Shown one piece after another: positions 18,056 through 27,369 of a stretch of DNA of 53,060 nt; position 1 is the stretch's first letter, and each line of letters begins with the position of its first letter. The notes under the pieces are model-generated. The model was not told the origin of the DNA. It was given only the letters and a program-made list of their open reading frames with translations, and made no database searches. The stretch comes from a virus (Duplodnaviria; Caudoviricetes), in the IMG/VR virus record IMGVR_UViG_3300010354_000122, positions 1 through 53,060 of that record, one strand, 5' to 3'. The position numbers and the translations under genes were made by a program.

Positions 18056-20614
18056 ATGAGTCGATTTTATACAAACGTCTATCAAGATAGAAGTCAATTT
18101 CTTATTCGTGGTTACGAAGACGGTGAGCCAATCGCCGTCTCCGTTCCATGTCAGCCGTTCCTCTTTGTTCCTTCCAAAAGTCAAAATGGTGAGTATAGGA
18201 CAACGAAAGGCAAAAAGCTTGACCGTCTTGACTTTGACGATGTCTTTGAAGCCCAAAAATATATTAAGCTAGCTCGTTCTACTTCCAACATGGAAGTGTA
18301 TGGAATGACTAACTTCGTCTATCCTTTTATTCACGAATACTACCCTGGTCAGATTGATTATGATCCCAAGCTGATTTCTGTTGTCACGATCGATATTGAG
18401 TGTGAGTCGAAAGATGGCTTTCCTGACATTGTTGCTGCAGATAATGAGATAACTGCTATCTCATTGCGTAAGAATGATAAGATTGTTGTGTTTGGTAAAG
18501 GCGAGTTTACAGCGGCCGACAAGAATATTCACTATGTAAAGTGCGAGAGTGAAGTAGTACTTCTTCAGAAGTTTCTGAAAGCATGGAACAGTGAATACTT
18601 CTTGCCGGATGTTGTAACAGGATGGAACATTGAGTTCTTTGACGTTCCTTATCTCGTTAATAGAATTACAAAAGTTCTTGGTGACTATGCTGCCAAGAAA
18701 CTATCGCCGTGGGAGAAACTTGACACACGCGAGATTGAGATCTTTGGTAAGCCACAAACAATCTATACTCCAGTTGGTGTAACTGTACTCGACTATCTTC
18801 AGTTGTATAAGAAGTTTTCATTCTCTCAACAAGAAAGCTTTAAGCTTGATCACATTGCATTCATTGAGCTTGGTGAGAAGAAGGTCGACTTCTCCGAGTA
18901 TGAGTCTTTGGACGAGTTGTGTGAAAAAGACTTTCAGAAGTTTATTGAGTATAACATTAAGGACGTTGATCTTGTTTATAGGCTTGAAGACAAACTAAAG
19001 TTTATTGAGCAAGTATTCGCGATTGCCTATGACGCAAAAGTGAACTTAATTGATGCGTTTACTTCTGTTCGTATGTGGGATGTAATTATTCACAATTACT
19101 TGCTCGACAAAAAGATTGCTGTACCAAACAACTTTACTAAGGGTGAGAAGAGTGAAACGATTGTTGGCGCCTATGTTAAAGATCCTCAAGTTGGAATGCA
19201 TAACTGGGTTGTGTCGTTCGACTTGAATAGTCTGTACCCTCACTTGATCATGCAGTACAATATCTCTCCTGAAACATTTAGAGGGGTGAATGAGCGTGTA
19301 ACGGTGGATGGAATTCTCAATGGTATGTTGAGTGATCCAAACCTTAAGAGTGAGCTCGAAGTTAACAACGTTACGATGGCTGCATCCGGATGCATGTTCG
19401 ATAAGGACTATCAGGGATTCTTACCAATCTTAATGCAGAAGATGTACGACGATCGAGTCGTATATAAGAAGCGAATGATCGAAGCAAAGCAACAGTATGA
19501 AAAGAACAAGACGTATGATCTAGAGAAGGAAATCGCAAGATGCCACAATATTCAGCTTGCAAAGAAGATTCAGCTGAATAGTTGTTATGGTGCTCTCTCG
19601 AACGTATACTTTCGATGGTTCGACACAAACCTTGCAGAGTCGATTACAAAGTCCGGCCAGCTTGCTATTCGGTGGATGGAGAACAGGATCAACGCTTACC
19701 TCAACAATGTTCTCAAAACGAAAGATGTCGATTATGTGATTGCATGTGATACCGACTCAATGTATATCACGTTTGATGCTGTGATGGATAAATTAATTTG
19801 GAAGCCCAATCAAACGGTCCATGATAAGGTGAAGTTTCTTGATAAGGTTTGTCAGGAGAAGATTGAACCCTACATTGATAAGTGTTATGAAGAGCTTGCT
19901 GAACGAGTCAATGCGTATGATCAGAAGATGAAGATGAAACGTGAGTGTATTGCTGACAAAGGAATTTGGACTGCAAAGAAGCACTACATTCTTAATGTGT
20001 ATAACCAAGAGGGTGTTGTTTACGAAAAGCCAAAGTTGAAGATGATGGGTATCGAAGCAGTACGGTCTTCAACACCCAGCGCTTGTCGGTCCAACATTAA
20101 GAAGTCTCTTGAGATTATTATGACGTCAACTGAAGATGAGTTGATCGCGTTTATTGAAAAGTTTAGGACCGAGTTTAGTAAGCTGCCGTTCGAGGAAGTC
20201 GCTTTTCCAAGAAGCGTTCGTGGTATGCAGGAGTATGATGAACGTGACAGCATGGGTCGTGTTGTCCAGAAGGGATATGCTGATGCTTCGACAATCTACA
20301 AGCTGGGTACACCTATCCATGTTAAGGGAGCGCTCGTCTACAACCATTACTTGAAGAAAAATAAGCTCACACTAAAACATCCGATTGTTAGAGATGGTGA
20401 AAAGATTAAGTTTTGTTACTTGAAAGAGCCGAATCCGTTCATGTGTAAAGTAGTGTCCACTTCGGGCACTATGCTTAAATCTGTCGATATTGCTAAATAT
20501 ATAGATTATAACACACAATTTGAGAAGTCATTTCTTGAACCACTCAAAACCATCTTGGATGTTATTGGATGGCACACCGAAAAGAAAGTAACTCTGGAAG
20601 ACTTTTTTAGCTGA
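18056..20614 (+). CDS. gp43: Family B DNA polymerase
   Basis: Exonuclease DIE; DLNSLYPH, K..LNS.YG and DTDS polymerase motifs. Confidence 0.97.
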   Translation: MSRFYTNVYQDRSQFLIRGYEDGEPIAVSVPCQPFLFVPSKSQNGEYRTTKGKKLDRLDFDDVFEAQKYIKLARSTSNMEVYGMTNFVYPFIHEYYPGQIDYDPKLISVVTIDIECESKDGFPDIVAADNEITAISLRKNDKIVVFGKGEFTAADKNIHYVKCESEVVLLQKFLKAWNSEYFLPDVVTGWNIEFFDVPYLVNRITKVLGDYAAKKLSPWEKLDTREIEIFGKPQTIYTPVGVTVLDYLQLYKKFSFSQQESFKLDHIAFIELGEKKVDFSEYESLDELCEKDFQKFIEYNIKDVDLVYRLEDKLKFIEQVFAIAYDAKVNLIDAFTSVRMWDVIIHNYLLDKKIAVPNNFTKGEKSETIVGAYVKDPQVGMHNWVVSFDLNSLYPHLIMQYNISPETFRGVNERVTVDGILNGMLSDPNLKSELEVNNVTMAASGCMFDKDYQGFLPILMQKMYDDRVVYKKRMIEAKQQYEKNKTYDLEKEIARCHNIQLAKKIQLNSCYGALSNVYFRWFDTNLAESITKSGQLAIRWMENRINAYLNNVLKTKDVDYVIACDTDSMYITFDAVMDKLIWKPNQTVHDKVKFLDKVCQEKIEPYIDKCYEELAERVNAYDQKMKMKRECIADKGIWTAKKHYILNVYNQEGVVYEKPKLKMMGIEAVRSSTPSACRSNIKKSLEIIMTSTEDELIAFIEKFRTEFSKLPFEEVAFPRSVRGMQEYDERDSMGRVVQKGYADASTIYKLGTPIHVKGALVYNHYLKKNKLTLKHPIVRDGEKIKFCYLKEPNPFMCKVVSTSGTMLKSVDIAKYIDYNTQFEKSFLEPLKTILDVIGWHTEKKVTLEDFFS

Positions 20615-20621
20615 GGACAAT

Positions 20622-20936
20622 ATGGCTACCAAAAACGATGATTGGAGTTTTGACTTTGGATTTTCAACAGTAAGTGAGGAGGAGCTCGAACAGCTCACGA
20701 TGCAAGCTGTTGAAGAGGGAGTCAAAGAAGCAGAAACACGTCTCAAGGGTCAGATCAAAGACGCTGAAAAGACAATCGAATACTATCAAGCAAAAATGGG
20801 TAAGCTCGAAAAGATGCTTATTCCATTTCTCAATAACCTGGCTTCTAATCCTGAGAAAACTTATATCTTTTGGCCCAATCGCCAACAGAAGCTTAATCAG
20901 TTTAAGGAGCTTCTGTTAGATGAGCTACGTAATTAA
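20622..20936 (+). CDS. Conserved hypothetical protein
   Basis: DFGFS.V.EEEL...PFL.NL..NPEK.YI.WPNR; GAGG RBS. Confidence 0.65.
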   Translation: MATKNDDWSFDFGFSTVSEEELEQLTMQAVEEGVKEAETRLKGQIKDAEKTIEYYQAKMGKLEKMLIPFLNNLASNPEKTYIFWPNRQQKLNQFKELLLDELRN

Positions 20937-21705
20937 TTACATCGTACTTGCAACAGCATTATTACTGTCAGGTATTAGTGCGTATTATTCTGTAATTGGT
21001 CTTACTGCAATTTTTCCTGCTTCATTCTGGCCAATCGTCATTATGGGCGGATCGCTTGAGCTTGCAAAGATTGTAGCTGCTTCGTGGTTATACAGAAACT
21101 GGAAGACGTGTCCAAAGCTGATGAAGGGTTACTTGTTGGGTGCGATTGTTACGTTGATTATGATTACCTCAATGGGAACTTTTGGCTTTTTGTCAAAAGC
21201 CCATATAGAACAAAATGTACAGCAATCATCGACAGGTCATCAGATATCTGCATTACAAATACAAGTAACAAACGAAGAGCGTAGAATTAAGAACGCTCAG
21301 CGTGCATTGGATAATTTAGATACCGTTGTTGAAAAGGTAGATGCAGACAAAGCAATTACAGTACGTCAAAGACAAAAGCCTGAGCGCGATAATCTGCAAC
21401 GTGAGATAAAGCAAGCTTCCGACACAATAACCAATCTCAATAAAGAGCTACTACCTCTAAAGCAGCAAAACGATATTGCTACAGCAGAGTTAGGTCCGAT
21501 CAAATATATTACTGAGATGATTTATGGTGAGGAATCTAATAAGTATCAAGACAAAGCTGTGAGGTTGTTAATTATTATCATTATTTTTGTTTTTGATCCA
21601 TTAGCAATATTGTTAATCATAGCAGCAAACATTGGTTTTACAGGTAACATTTACATGAACAAATACAAGAGCTTGATTCGAAACGGATTATCTAGTAAAG
21701 TATAG
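20920..21705 (+). CDS. Membrane protein with a central coiled coil
   Basis: Three N-terminal hydrophobic segments, a coiled coil and a C-terminal hydrophobic IFVFDPLAI segment. Confidence 0.65.
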   Translation: MSYVINYIVLATALLLSGISAYYSVIGLTAIFPASFWPIVIMGGSLELAKIVAASWLYRNWKTCPKLMKGYLLGAIVTLIMITSMGTFGFLSKAHIEQNVQQSSTGHQISALQIQVTNEERRIKNAQRALDNLDTVVEKVDADKAITVRQRQKPERDNLQREIKQASDTITNLNKELLPLKQQNDIATAELGPIKYITEMIYGEESNKYQDKAVRLLIIIIIFVFDPLAILLIIAANIGFTGNIYMNKYKSLIRNGLSSKV

Positions 21706-21720
21706 CAAATGGAGGTTATT

Positions 21721-21897
21721 ATGAGTGAATTGCCATCGTATTATATGTTGCTGTCTGAAGAAGAGAAGAAGAACTACGTTGCAATGTTAATGACTAAAGG
21801 GTCAATGCAAAAGTGGGTGACTGAAGAGGCAAATAGGTTTGGTTTGAAATTTTTGAGTGAATTTTATAAAGAGCGTGAGAATGGAGAATTCCTATGA
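21721..21897 (+). CDS. Hypothetical protein
   Basis: GGAGG RBS before ATG 21721; stop overlaps the uvsX start. Confidence 0.55.
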   Translation: MSELPSYYMLLSEEEKKNYVAMLMTKGSMQKWVTEEANRFGLKFLSEFYKERENGEFL

Positions 21898-22919
21898 GTG
21901 ATTTTTTTCGTGGATTGATTAAGGAGGTTGGAGATGAAGATACTTCTCTTGCCAGTGACGGGCTTGGTAGTGCTGAGTTTGGGTCTTATATTGATACTGG
22001 GAGCTATGCTCTCAATGCTGTTCTCTCAGGCAGCCTCTTTGGCGGCGTACCTGATAATAAAATTACTGCTTTTGCAGGAGAGTCCGCTACTGGTAAAACT
22101 TTTTTCGTTCTTGGGATCGTCCGAGCTTTCCTTGAAAAGAACCCAACCGGAGGAGTTGTCTACTACGACACCGAAGCGGCGGTCACGAAAGGAATGATGG
22201 AGCAACGTGGTATTGATGTAAAGCGTGTGATCATTTCTGAGCCAGATACAATCCAGAAGTTTAAGACCCATGCGTTGAAGATGATTGAAGCATATGAGAA
22301 GCAGCCAGAAGACAAGCGTCCTCCCATGATGTTTGTTCTTGATAGTCTTGGCCTGTTGTCGTCTACTAAGGAAATGGAAGATAGTCTTGAAGGTAAAGAA
22401 GCTAGAGACATGACCAAGGCTCAGGTGATCAAGGCTGCGTTTCGAGTCTTAACCCTCAAGCTTGCGAAAGTCAAGGTACCGATGCTTGTAACTAACCATG
22501 TGTATGAGCTTGTTGGCAGTTATGTGCCTACAAAGGAACTTGGTGGTGGTACTGGTCTCAAGTATGCAGCAAGTACTATTGCCATGCTGTCAAAGAAGAA
22601 AGAGAAAGATGGCGATGGTGATGTAATTGGTAGTCTTGTCAAAGTGAAGATGTATAAGTCTCGTATCTCTAAAGAGAACCAGGATGTGTCTGTTTTGGTA
22701 ACTTACGATAAGGGTCTTGACAAGTACTATGGTCTTCTCGATCTTGCTGAGAAATGGGAAGTGTTCAAGAAAGTGTCTACTCGTTTTGAGTTGCCTGATG
22801 GACGTAAGGTATTCGGTAAGGAAATCAATACAGAACCTGAGAAGTTCTTTACTGCAGAAGTATTACAGTTATTAGAGGAGCATGCTAAGAAAGAATTTAG
22901 CTACGGTTCTCAAATCTAA
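21894..22919 (+). CDS. uvsX: RecA-like recombinase UvsX
   Basis: [21 protein letters not shown] and VTNH motifs. Confidence 0.95.
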   Translation: MSDFFRGLIKEVGDEDTSLASDGLGSAEFGSYIDTGSYALNAVLSGSLFGGVPDNKITAFAGESATGKTFFVLGIVRAFLEKNPTGGVVYYDTEAAVTKGMMEQRGIDVKRVIISEPDTIQKFKTHALKMIEAYEKQPEDKRPPMMFVLDSLGLLSSTKEMEDSLEGKEARDMTKAQVIKAAFRVLTLKLAKVKVPMLVTNHVYELVGSYVPTKELGGGTGLKYAASTIAMLSKKKEKDGDGDVIGSLVKVKMYKSRISKENQDVSVLVTYDKGLDKYYGLLDLAEKWEVFKKVSTRFELPDGRKVFGKEINTEPEKFFTAEVLQLLEEHAKKEFSYGSQI

Positions 22920-22927
22920 GGTATATC

Positions 22928-24313
22928 ATGATTGAAAAATTGATCTTTAGTCATCTTGTTTATGATGACAACTACGCTCGAAAAGTACTTCCGTTCGTTA
23001 AGGAAGACTACTTTGCTGATCATCTTGATAGAACATTATTCAAACTAATCTACGAATTCGTTAATAGGCATAACAAGCTTCCATCGAAGGAGGCGTTAGC
23101 AATCGAGATTAACAACATCGACAGTGTCTCTGATGATGGTTGTAAGACTCTCTTGAAGTTTGTTGATGAGCTGAACTATGACCAAGCAACCGATAGAGAG
23201 TGGCTTGTCACGCAAACTGAGAAGTTCTGCCAAGACAAAGCAATCTACAATGCAATCATGCAGTCGATTCAGATTCTTGACGATAAGACCGGCCAGAAAC
23301 CTAAGGGAGCTATTCCTCAACTGTTGTCTGATGCGTTAGCTGTTTCGTTTGATACAGCTGTTGGCCACGACTTCTTTGCTGATGCTGATAAGCGATATGA
23401 CTTTTATCATATTAAGGAAAAGCGGATTCCGTTTGACCTTGACTACATGAATAAGATTACCAAGGGTGGTATCCCTTCAAAGACACTAAACATTGTATTG
23501 GCTGGTACCGGTGTTGGTAAGTCGTTGTTTATGTGTCATTGTGCTGCTGCTAATCTGACAAAGGGATATAATGTTCTCTATATCACCTTAGAAATGGCTG
23601 AGGAACGAATTGCTGAAAGAATCGATGCAAACATGATGAACTTGTCGATTGATGAGCTTTCTACATTGCCAAGGGATGTCTATCATAAAAAGCTTGATCG
23701 TGTCAAGTCTTCGATTGCTGGAAAGTTGGTGATTAAGGAGTATCCTACCGCTTCAGCTGGAACTGGTCATTTCAGACATTTACTTAACGAGTTGAAAATA
23801 AAGAGGAATTTTATTCCTGATATCATATACGTAGATTACCTAAATATAGCGGTCTCTTCAAGGTTGAAGTTTGGTTCTAACGTAAATTCATATAGTTACG
23901 TAAAAGCAATTGCTGAAGAATTGCGTGGTTTGGCAGTAGAATTCAATGTTCCGATCTTTAGTGCTACTCAGACTACAAGATCTGGATATTCAAGTACAGA
24001 TGTGGGTCTTGAAGATACTTCTGAGAGTTTTGGTCTTCCGGCAACGGCTGATTTAATGATTGCCCTGATGGCGCCAGAAGAACTACAGGACTTGAACCAA
24101 ATGCTTGTTAAGCAGCTTAAGAATCGATACAACGATCCGAACATGAACAAGCGATTTGTTGTGGGTGTAGATCGTCCGAAGTTCAAGCTGTATGATGTTG
24201 AGCAGCATGCTCAGAATGATATCGTTGATGATGGTCCTTCTTTTGACAAGACGCCTTCTGGTAAATCTTTTGGAGAGAAACTTTCCAAAAATGTGTTCGA
24301 CGATTTCAAATGA
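22928..24313 (+). CDS. gp41: Replicative helicase
   Basis: AGTGVGKS, TLEMAEE, VDYLN, SESFGLPATAD and QLKNRY motifs. Confidence 0.96.
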   Translation: MIEKLIFSHLVYDDNYARKVLPFVKEDYFADHLDRTLFKLIYEFVNRHNKLPSKEALAIEINNIDSVSDDGCKTLLKFVDELNYDQATDREWLVTQTEKFCQDKAIYNAIMQSIQILDDKTGQKPKGAIPQLLSDALAVSFDTAVGHDFFADADKRYDFYHIKEKRIPFDLDYMNKITKGGIPSKTLNIVLAGTGVGKSLFMCHCAAANLTKGYNVLYITLEMAEERIAERIDANMMNLSIDELSTLPRDVYHKKLDRVKSSIAGKLVIKEYPTASAGTGHFRHLLNELKIKRNFIPDIIYVDYLNIAVSSRLKFGSNVNSYSYVKAIAEELRGLAVEFNVPIFSATQTTRSGYSSTDVGLEDTSESFGLPATADLMIALMAPEELQDLNQMLVKQLKNRYNDPNMNKRFVVGVDRPKFKLYDVEQHAQNDIVDDGPSFDKTPSGKSFGEKLSKNVFDDFK

Positions 24314-24504
24314 CCAAAGTTTTGTTCTACGCATTGTTTGTACCAATAGTATTCTGTTGCATGGTTGGGTTCGTGTTTGTCGACTTTATGATGGCAATTT
24401 GCAGAGCGATTGGAATTGCTTTTTTTAACTTATTCACAATGCCGAATTGGATTTGTGATTGCTCAAGGGACATTCTTAACGCACTAGTAGACGGAGACGA
24501 ATAA
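24310..24504 (+). CDS. Small hydrophobic hypothetical protein
   Basis: ATGA overlap with gp41; TAATG overlap with the next gene. Confidence 0.5.
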   Translation: MTKVLFYALFVPIVFCCMVGFVFVDFMMAICRAIGIAFFNLFTMPNWICDCSRDILNALVDGDE

Positions 24505-24995
24505 TGAGGATAGCAGTATACAACTGTACCGATCCTTATATCAAAAAGCTTTTGAAGCTTGCTGTCGATGATTATTGTGAAAGATTGTTTGGTGGAGACA
24601 AAAGAAGACTTAAAGGCCTTAGGTTTTCTATACACCTTAAAAAGGAACTTGAGGATAAAAGCGAGGGTGAATGTGAAGTTATTGATTATGAAACGAATGA
24701 GCTTCCAAAAAAATTCAGAATCAATCTTGTAAAAGTGAATCCACCTAGACTTTTTTCTTCGCTTGCCCATGAGATTGTACATGCGTGGCAATTTGCTCAT
24801 GGTTATGTAGACGGGGACTTAAAGAAGTGGAGAGGAAGATGGATTCCTCAATCAACTGATTATTGGGACGAGCCGTGGGAAGTAGAAGCGTATGGTCGTG
24901 AACCTGGTCTCTATGTTAGATTCAAAAGACGTTATCAGTTGGAAGAATATTTTAAACAATTTGACTTAGAACAAGATTTTAAGCCAACGTATTGA
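24504..24995 (+). CDS. HExxH zinc-metallopeptidase-like protein
   Basis: LAHEIVHAWQ...PWEVEAY. Confidence 0.7.
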   Translation: MRIAVYNCTDPYIKKLLKLAVDDYCERLFGGDKRRLKGLRFSIHLKKELEDKSEGECEVIDYETNELPKKFRINLVKVNPPRLFSSLAHEIVHAWQFAHGYVDGDLKKWRGRWIPQSTDYWDEPWEVEAYGREPGLYVRFKRRYQLEEYFKQFDLEQDFKPTY

Positions 24996-25020
24996 TATAT
25001 AAATTTATATGTGGTATAAT
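24992..25020 (+). promoter_or_regulatory. Near-consensus sigma70 promoter driving the atypical tRNA and queD
   Basis: TTGATA (24992-24997), 17 nt, TATAAT (25015-25020) with an extended -10 TG. Confidence 0.8.
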
Positions 25021-25028
25021 TTTATTAT

Positions 25029-25123
25029 GGTAGGCAGCACTGGTGTGCGGCCGGGTCTTATAAACCCGGGAGACTGGCTAGATGGGCTGGAACGGCAGGG
25101 ATCGTAACCCTGGCCTACTACCA
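25029..25123 (+). tRNA. Atypical 95-nt tRNA or tRNA-like RNA, anticodon UAU (nominally Ile), long variable arm
   Basis: Acceptor GGTAGGC/GCCTACT+A+CCA; D arm GCAC-TGGT-GTGC; anticodon arm CCGGGT-CTTATAA-ACCCGG; T arm CAGGG-ATCGTAA-CCCTG. Confidence 0.8.
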
Positions 25124-25149
25124 GATTTTTTTGTTAATGAGGTGATATT

Positions 25150-25599
25150 ATGGCTCGATATAGAAGTACTAAAACTTTTGGTCATGATCTTGGATTCAGT
25201 GCTGCTTTCCGTCAGTGGCGAGCAGACAGCCATTGTAGGTTTATTCATGGTTATGCTTTAGCGTTCCGTTTTGAATTCGAAGCCGACGAGCTCGATCATC
25301 GTAATTGGGTTGTCGACTTTGGTGGTCTCAAAGGTCTCCGTAAGATGTTAGAAGATACGTTCGACCATAAACTTCTCGTAGCGAAAGATGATCCCGAGAT
25401 TGAATGGTTCCGTGAGGCCCATCGCAAGGGTATTGCTGACATTGTCGAAGTCGAGGCCGGCGGTTGTGAGAAGTTTGCTGAGCTTGTGTTTGAATATACA
25501 GAGCAATGGTTGAAGGCGGCTGGGTTCTCTCCTCGATGTCGTCTAGTGTCGGTCGAAGTTAAAGAGCATGGATCTAACTCTGCGATCTGTAGGAAATAG
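25150..25599 (+). CDS. queD: 6-carboxy-5,6,7,8-tetrahydropterin synthase
   Basis: SHCRFIHGY (variant of CxxxHGH), WVVDFG.LK, FDHK and V.E...NSA. Confidence 0.85.
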   Translation: MARYRSTKTFGHDLGFSAAFRQWRADSHCRFIHGYALAFRFEFEADELDHRNWVVDFGGLKGLRKMLEDTFDHKLLVAKDDPEIEWFREAHRKGIADIVEVEAGGCEKFAELVFEYTEQWLKAAGFSPRCRLVSVEVKEHGSNSAICRK

Positions 25600-25600
25600 C

Positions 25601-26125
25601 ATGAAGGTTAACATTGGTCCCTATCCGGAGGGCAGAGATGAACAACAGGTCATTAATGTTCAAATAGAAGAACATGATACTTGGTCAATGGATTTAACGC
25701 TTGCTCACATTATTGTTCCGATGCTTAAACAGCTAAAAGAAACAAAGCATGGCGCTCCAGGATCGTTACCTGAGTTTGCGTTGACGTCAACGGGCAGTTC
25801 CCAATATTGTTTTGATTTCTACAGTGAAGAGGACAACGCAGCATGGGAAGCTGGTCACATGCATTGGGATGAGCTGATGGATAAAATGATCTGGTCTTTT
25901 GAGCAAGTGCTTATTAACTGGGAAGATCAGTATTGGACTGTAAAACCTAAGATCGATCTTGATGCAATGTTGAATCAAAAAGATAATGATAGCGAGGTTA
26001 ACACTCATCCTCTTATCTGGGAGGAGCACGGCGTGTGTGATTGGATAGGTGTGGACAATCATAGGAAAAAAATGCAAGAGGGTTTTGATTTGTTTGGGAA
26101 GTATTTTTGTGATTTGTGGGACTAG
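25601..26125 (+). CDS. Conserved phage hypothetical protein
   Basis: DTWSMDLTLA.II.PMLKQLK..KHGAP...GF.LFGKY...LWD; AGGA RBS. Confidence 0.7.
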   Translation: MKVNIGPYPEGRDEQQVINVQIEEHDTWSMDLTLAHIIVPMLKQLKETKHGAPGSLPEFALTSTGSSQYCFDFYSEEDNAAWEAGHMHWDELMDKMIWSFEQVLINWEDQYWTVKPKIDLDAMLNQKDNDSEVNTHPLIWEEHGVCDWIGVDNHRKKMQEGFDLFGKYFCDLWD

Positions 26126-26208
26126 CCCAAGTGGTGAAACGGCAGACACGCTTGCCTTAGGAGCAAGTGCCGAAAGGCGTGGGGGTTCGAGTCCCTCTTT
26201 GGGCACCA
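26125..26208 (+). tRNA. tRNA-Leu(UAG)
   Basis: GCCCAAG/TTTGGGC acceptor, CTTGC-CTTAGGA-GCAAG anticodon arm, long variable arm, TTCGAGT loop, CCA. Confidence 0.95.
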
Positions 26209-26215
26209 TTTCAAA

Positions 26216-26293
26216 CGGAGTGTAGGTCAGCCTGGTCAGACCGCCTGCTTTGGGAGCAGGATGTCGGGAGTTCGAATCTCTCCACTCCGACCA
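26216..26293 (+). tRNA. tRNA-Pro(UGG)
   Basis: CGGAGTG/CACTCCG acceptor, CCTGC-TTTGGGA-GCAGG, TTCGAAT, CCA. Confidence 0.95.
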
Positions 26294-26326
26294 TTTTTTT
26301 TTATTTTTAACCGTAAGGAGTATATC

Positions 26327-26761
26327 ATGGAGTTGAAGGGAAGCAAGACTGCAGAATGTTTAAAAGAAGCGTTTGCTGGTGAGTCGATGGCTAACCGTCG
26401 TTATCTTTACTTTGCAAACATGGCCGACATTGCTGGTGCACAGGAAGTGGCTAACGTGTTCCGTAACACGGCTGAGGGTGAGACCGGTCACGCTCATGGC
26501 CACATGGAGTATTTGTTGAACCTTGGCGCTGGTGATCCTGGTACTGGCGAACAAGTTAAGAACGTCGAACAAGCTCTCCATTCTGCAATTGAAGGAGAAA
26601 CCCACGAGTATACCGACATGTATCCTGGTATGGCTAAGACTGCTCGCGAAGAAGGGTTTGATGAAATCGCTGACTGGTTCGAGACACTTGCTAAAGCTGA
26701 GCGTTCACACGCCGGCAAGTTCAAGCGTACTCTTGACGCCTATAAGGCTGAAGGAAACTAA
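26327..26761 (+). CDS. rbr: Rubrerythrin (short form, no rubredoxin domain)
   Basis: [38 protein letters not shown] and AE.SH diiron motifs; AAGGAG RBS. Confidence 0.92.
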   Translation: MELKGSKTAECLKEAFAGESMANRRYLYFANMADIAGAQEVANVFRNTAEGETGHAHGHMEYLLNLGAGDPGTGEQVKNVEQALHSAIEGETHEYTDMYPGMAKTAREEGFDEIADWFETLAKAERSHAGKFKRTLDAYKAEGN

Positions 26762-26764
26762 ACG

Positions 26765-27259
26765 GTGAAAGTATTTAAAAATGTATTATCCGAACAACTC
26801 CACCAAGTTATTTTTGAAAAGGTAGAGAAAAAACTTGGTGATAATTGTTGGGCACCAAGCTCTTTATTTTGGCACCCTGGATTAAGAACAGGAATACAGG
26901 GTTCTACTTATCAAACTGTGGTTGATAATGATATTCATGATAAAATATCGAAAGAAATAACACACCTCTTACCTACTCATAACTTTTTAATTATTCAACA
27001 TTATTTGTGGGACAAAAATGCGGGAATTGCTTTGCACAACGATGATAATTATTTGTTTGGTGCCACAATCTATATGAATAGGCAATGGAGCATTAACGAT
27101 GGTGGTATTTTTATACACCAGCATGAAAATGAATATAAAGCTATCGTACCAGAATTTAATACCATGGTACTAAATGACAGAAAAACTTATCATCTTGTCA
27201 CACCTGTTAGTCCTTTCACTTCCAATTTAAGAATGACTATTCAAGTGTGGGGACGTTAA
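26765..27259 (+). CDS. 2OG-Fe(II) oxygenase
   Basis: HND...W...DGG...H.V.PV...R.TIQ. Confidence 0.8.
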   Translation: MKVFKNVLSEQLHQVIFEKVEKKLGDNCWAPSSLFWHPGLRTGIQGSTYQTVVDNDIHDKISKEITHLLPTHNFLIIQHYLWDKNAGIALHNDDNYLFGATIYMNRQWSINDGGIFIHQHENEYKAIVPEFNTMVLNDRKTYHLVTPVSPFTSNLRMTIQVWGR

Positions 27260-27273
27260 TCTAATGTATTTAT

Positions 27274-27348
27274 TCCTCGATAGCTCAGCGGTAGAGCAGT
27301 TGACTGTTAATCAATTGGTCCGTGGTTCGATCCCACGTCGAGGAGCCA
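27274..27348 (+). tRNA. tRNA-Asn(GUU)
   Basis: TCCTCGA/TCGAGGA acceptor, GTTGA-CTGTTAA-TCAAT, CCA. Confidence 0.95.
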
Positions 27349-27369
27349 CCTCTGCTCCTGGGAGATATT

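Noticed and set aside
18056-24313. Introns or inteins in gp43, uvsX or gp41
   Set aside because: Lengths and motif spacing look normal and the frames are uninterrupted; the visible part of nrdA also appears continuous
25029-25123. Selenocysteine or pyrrolysine tRNA
   Set aside because: Some structural resemblance, but the anticodon is UAU rather than UCA or CUA, the fold is 7/5, and no sel or pyl genes are in the window
26261-26326. N-terminal extension of rubrerythrin given by the ORF track (similar extensions at 27322, 30052, 10431, 14860 and 42941)
   Set aside because: The extensions overlap tRNAs, upstream genes or leader elements; downstream ATGs with an SD or a stop-start overlap are better starts
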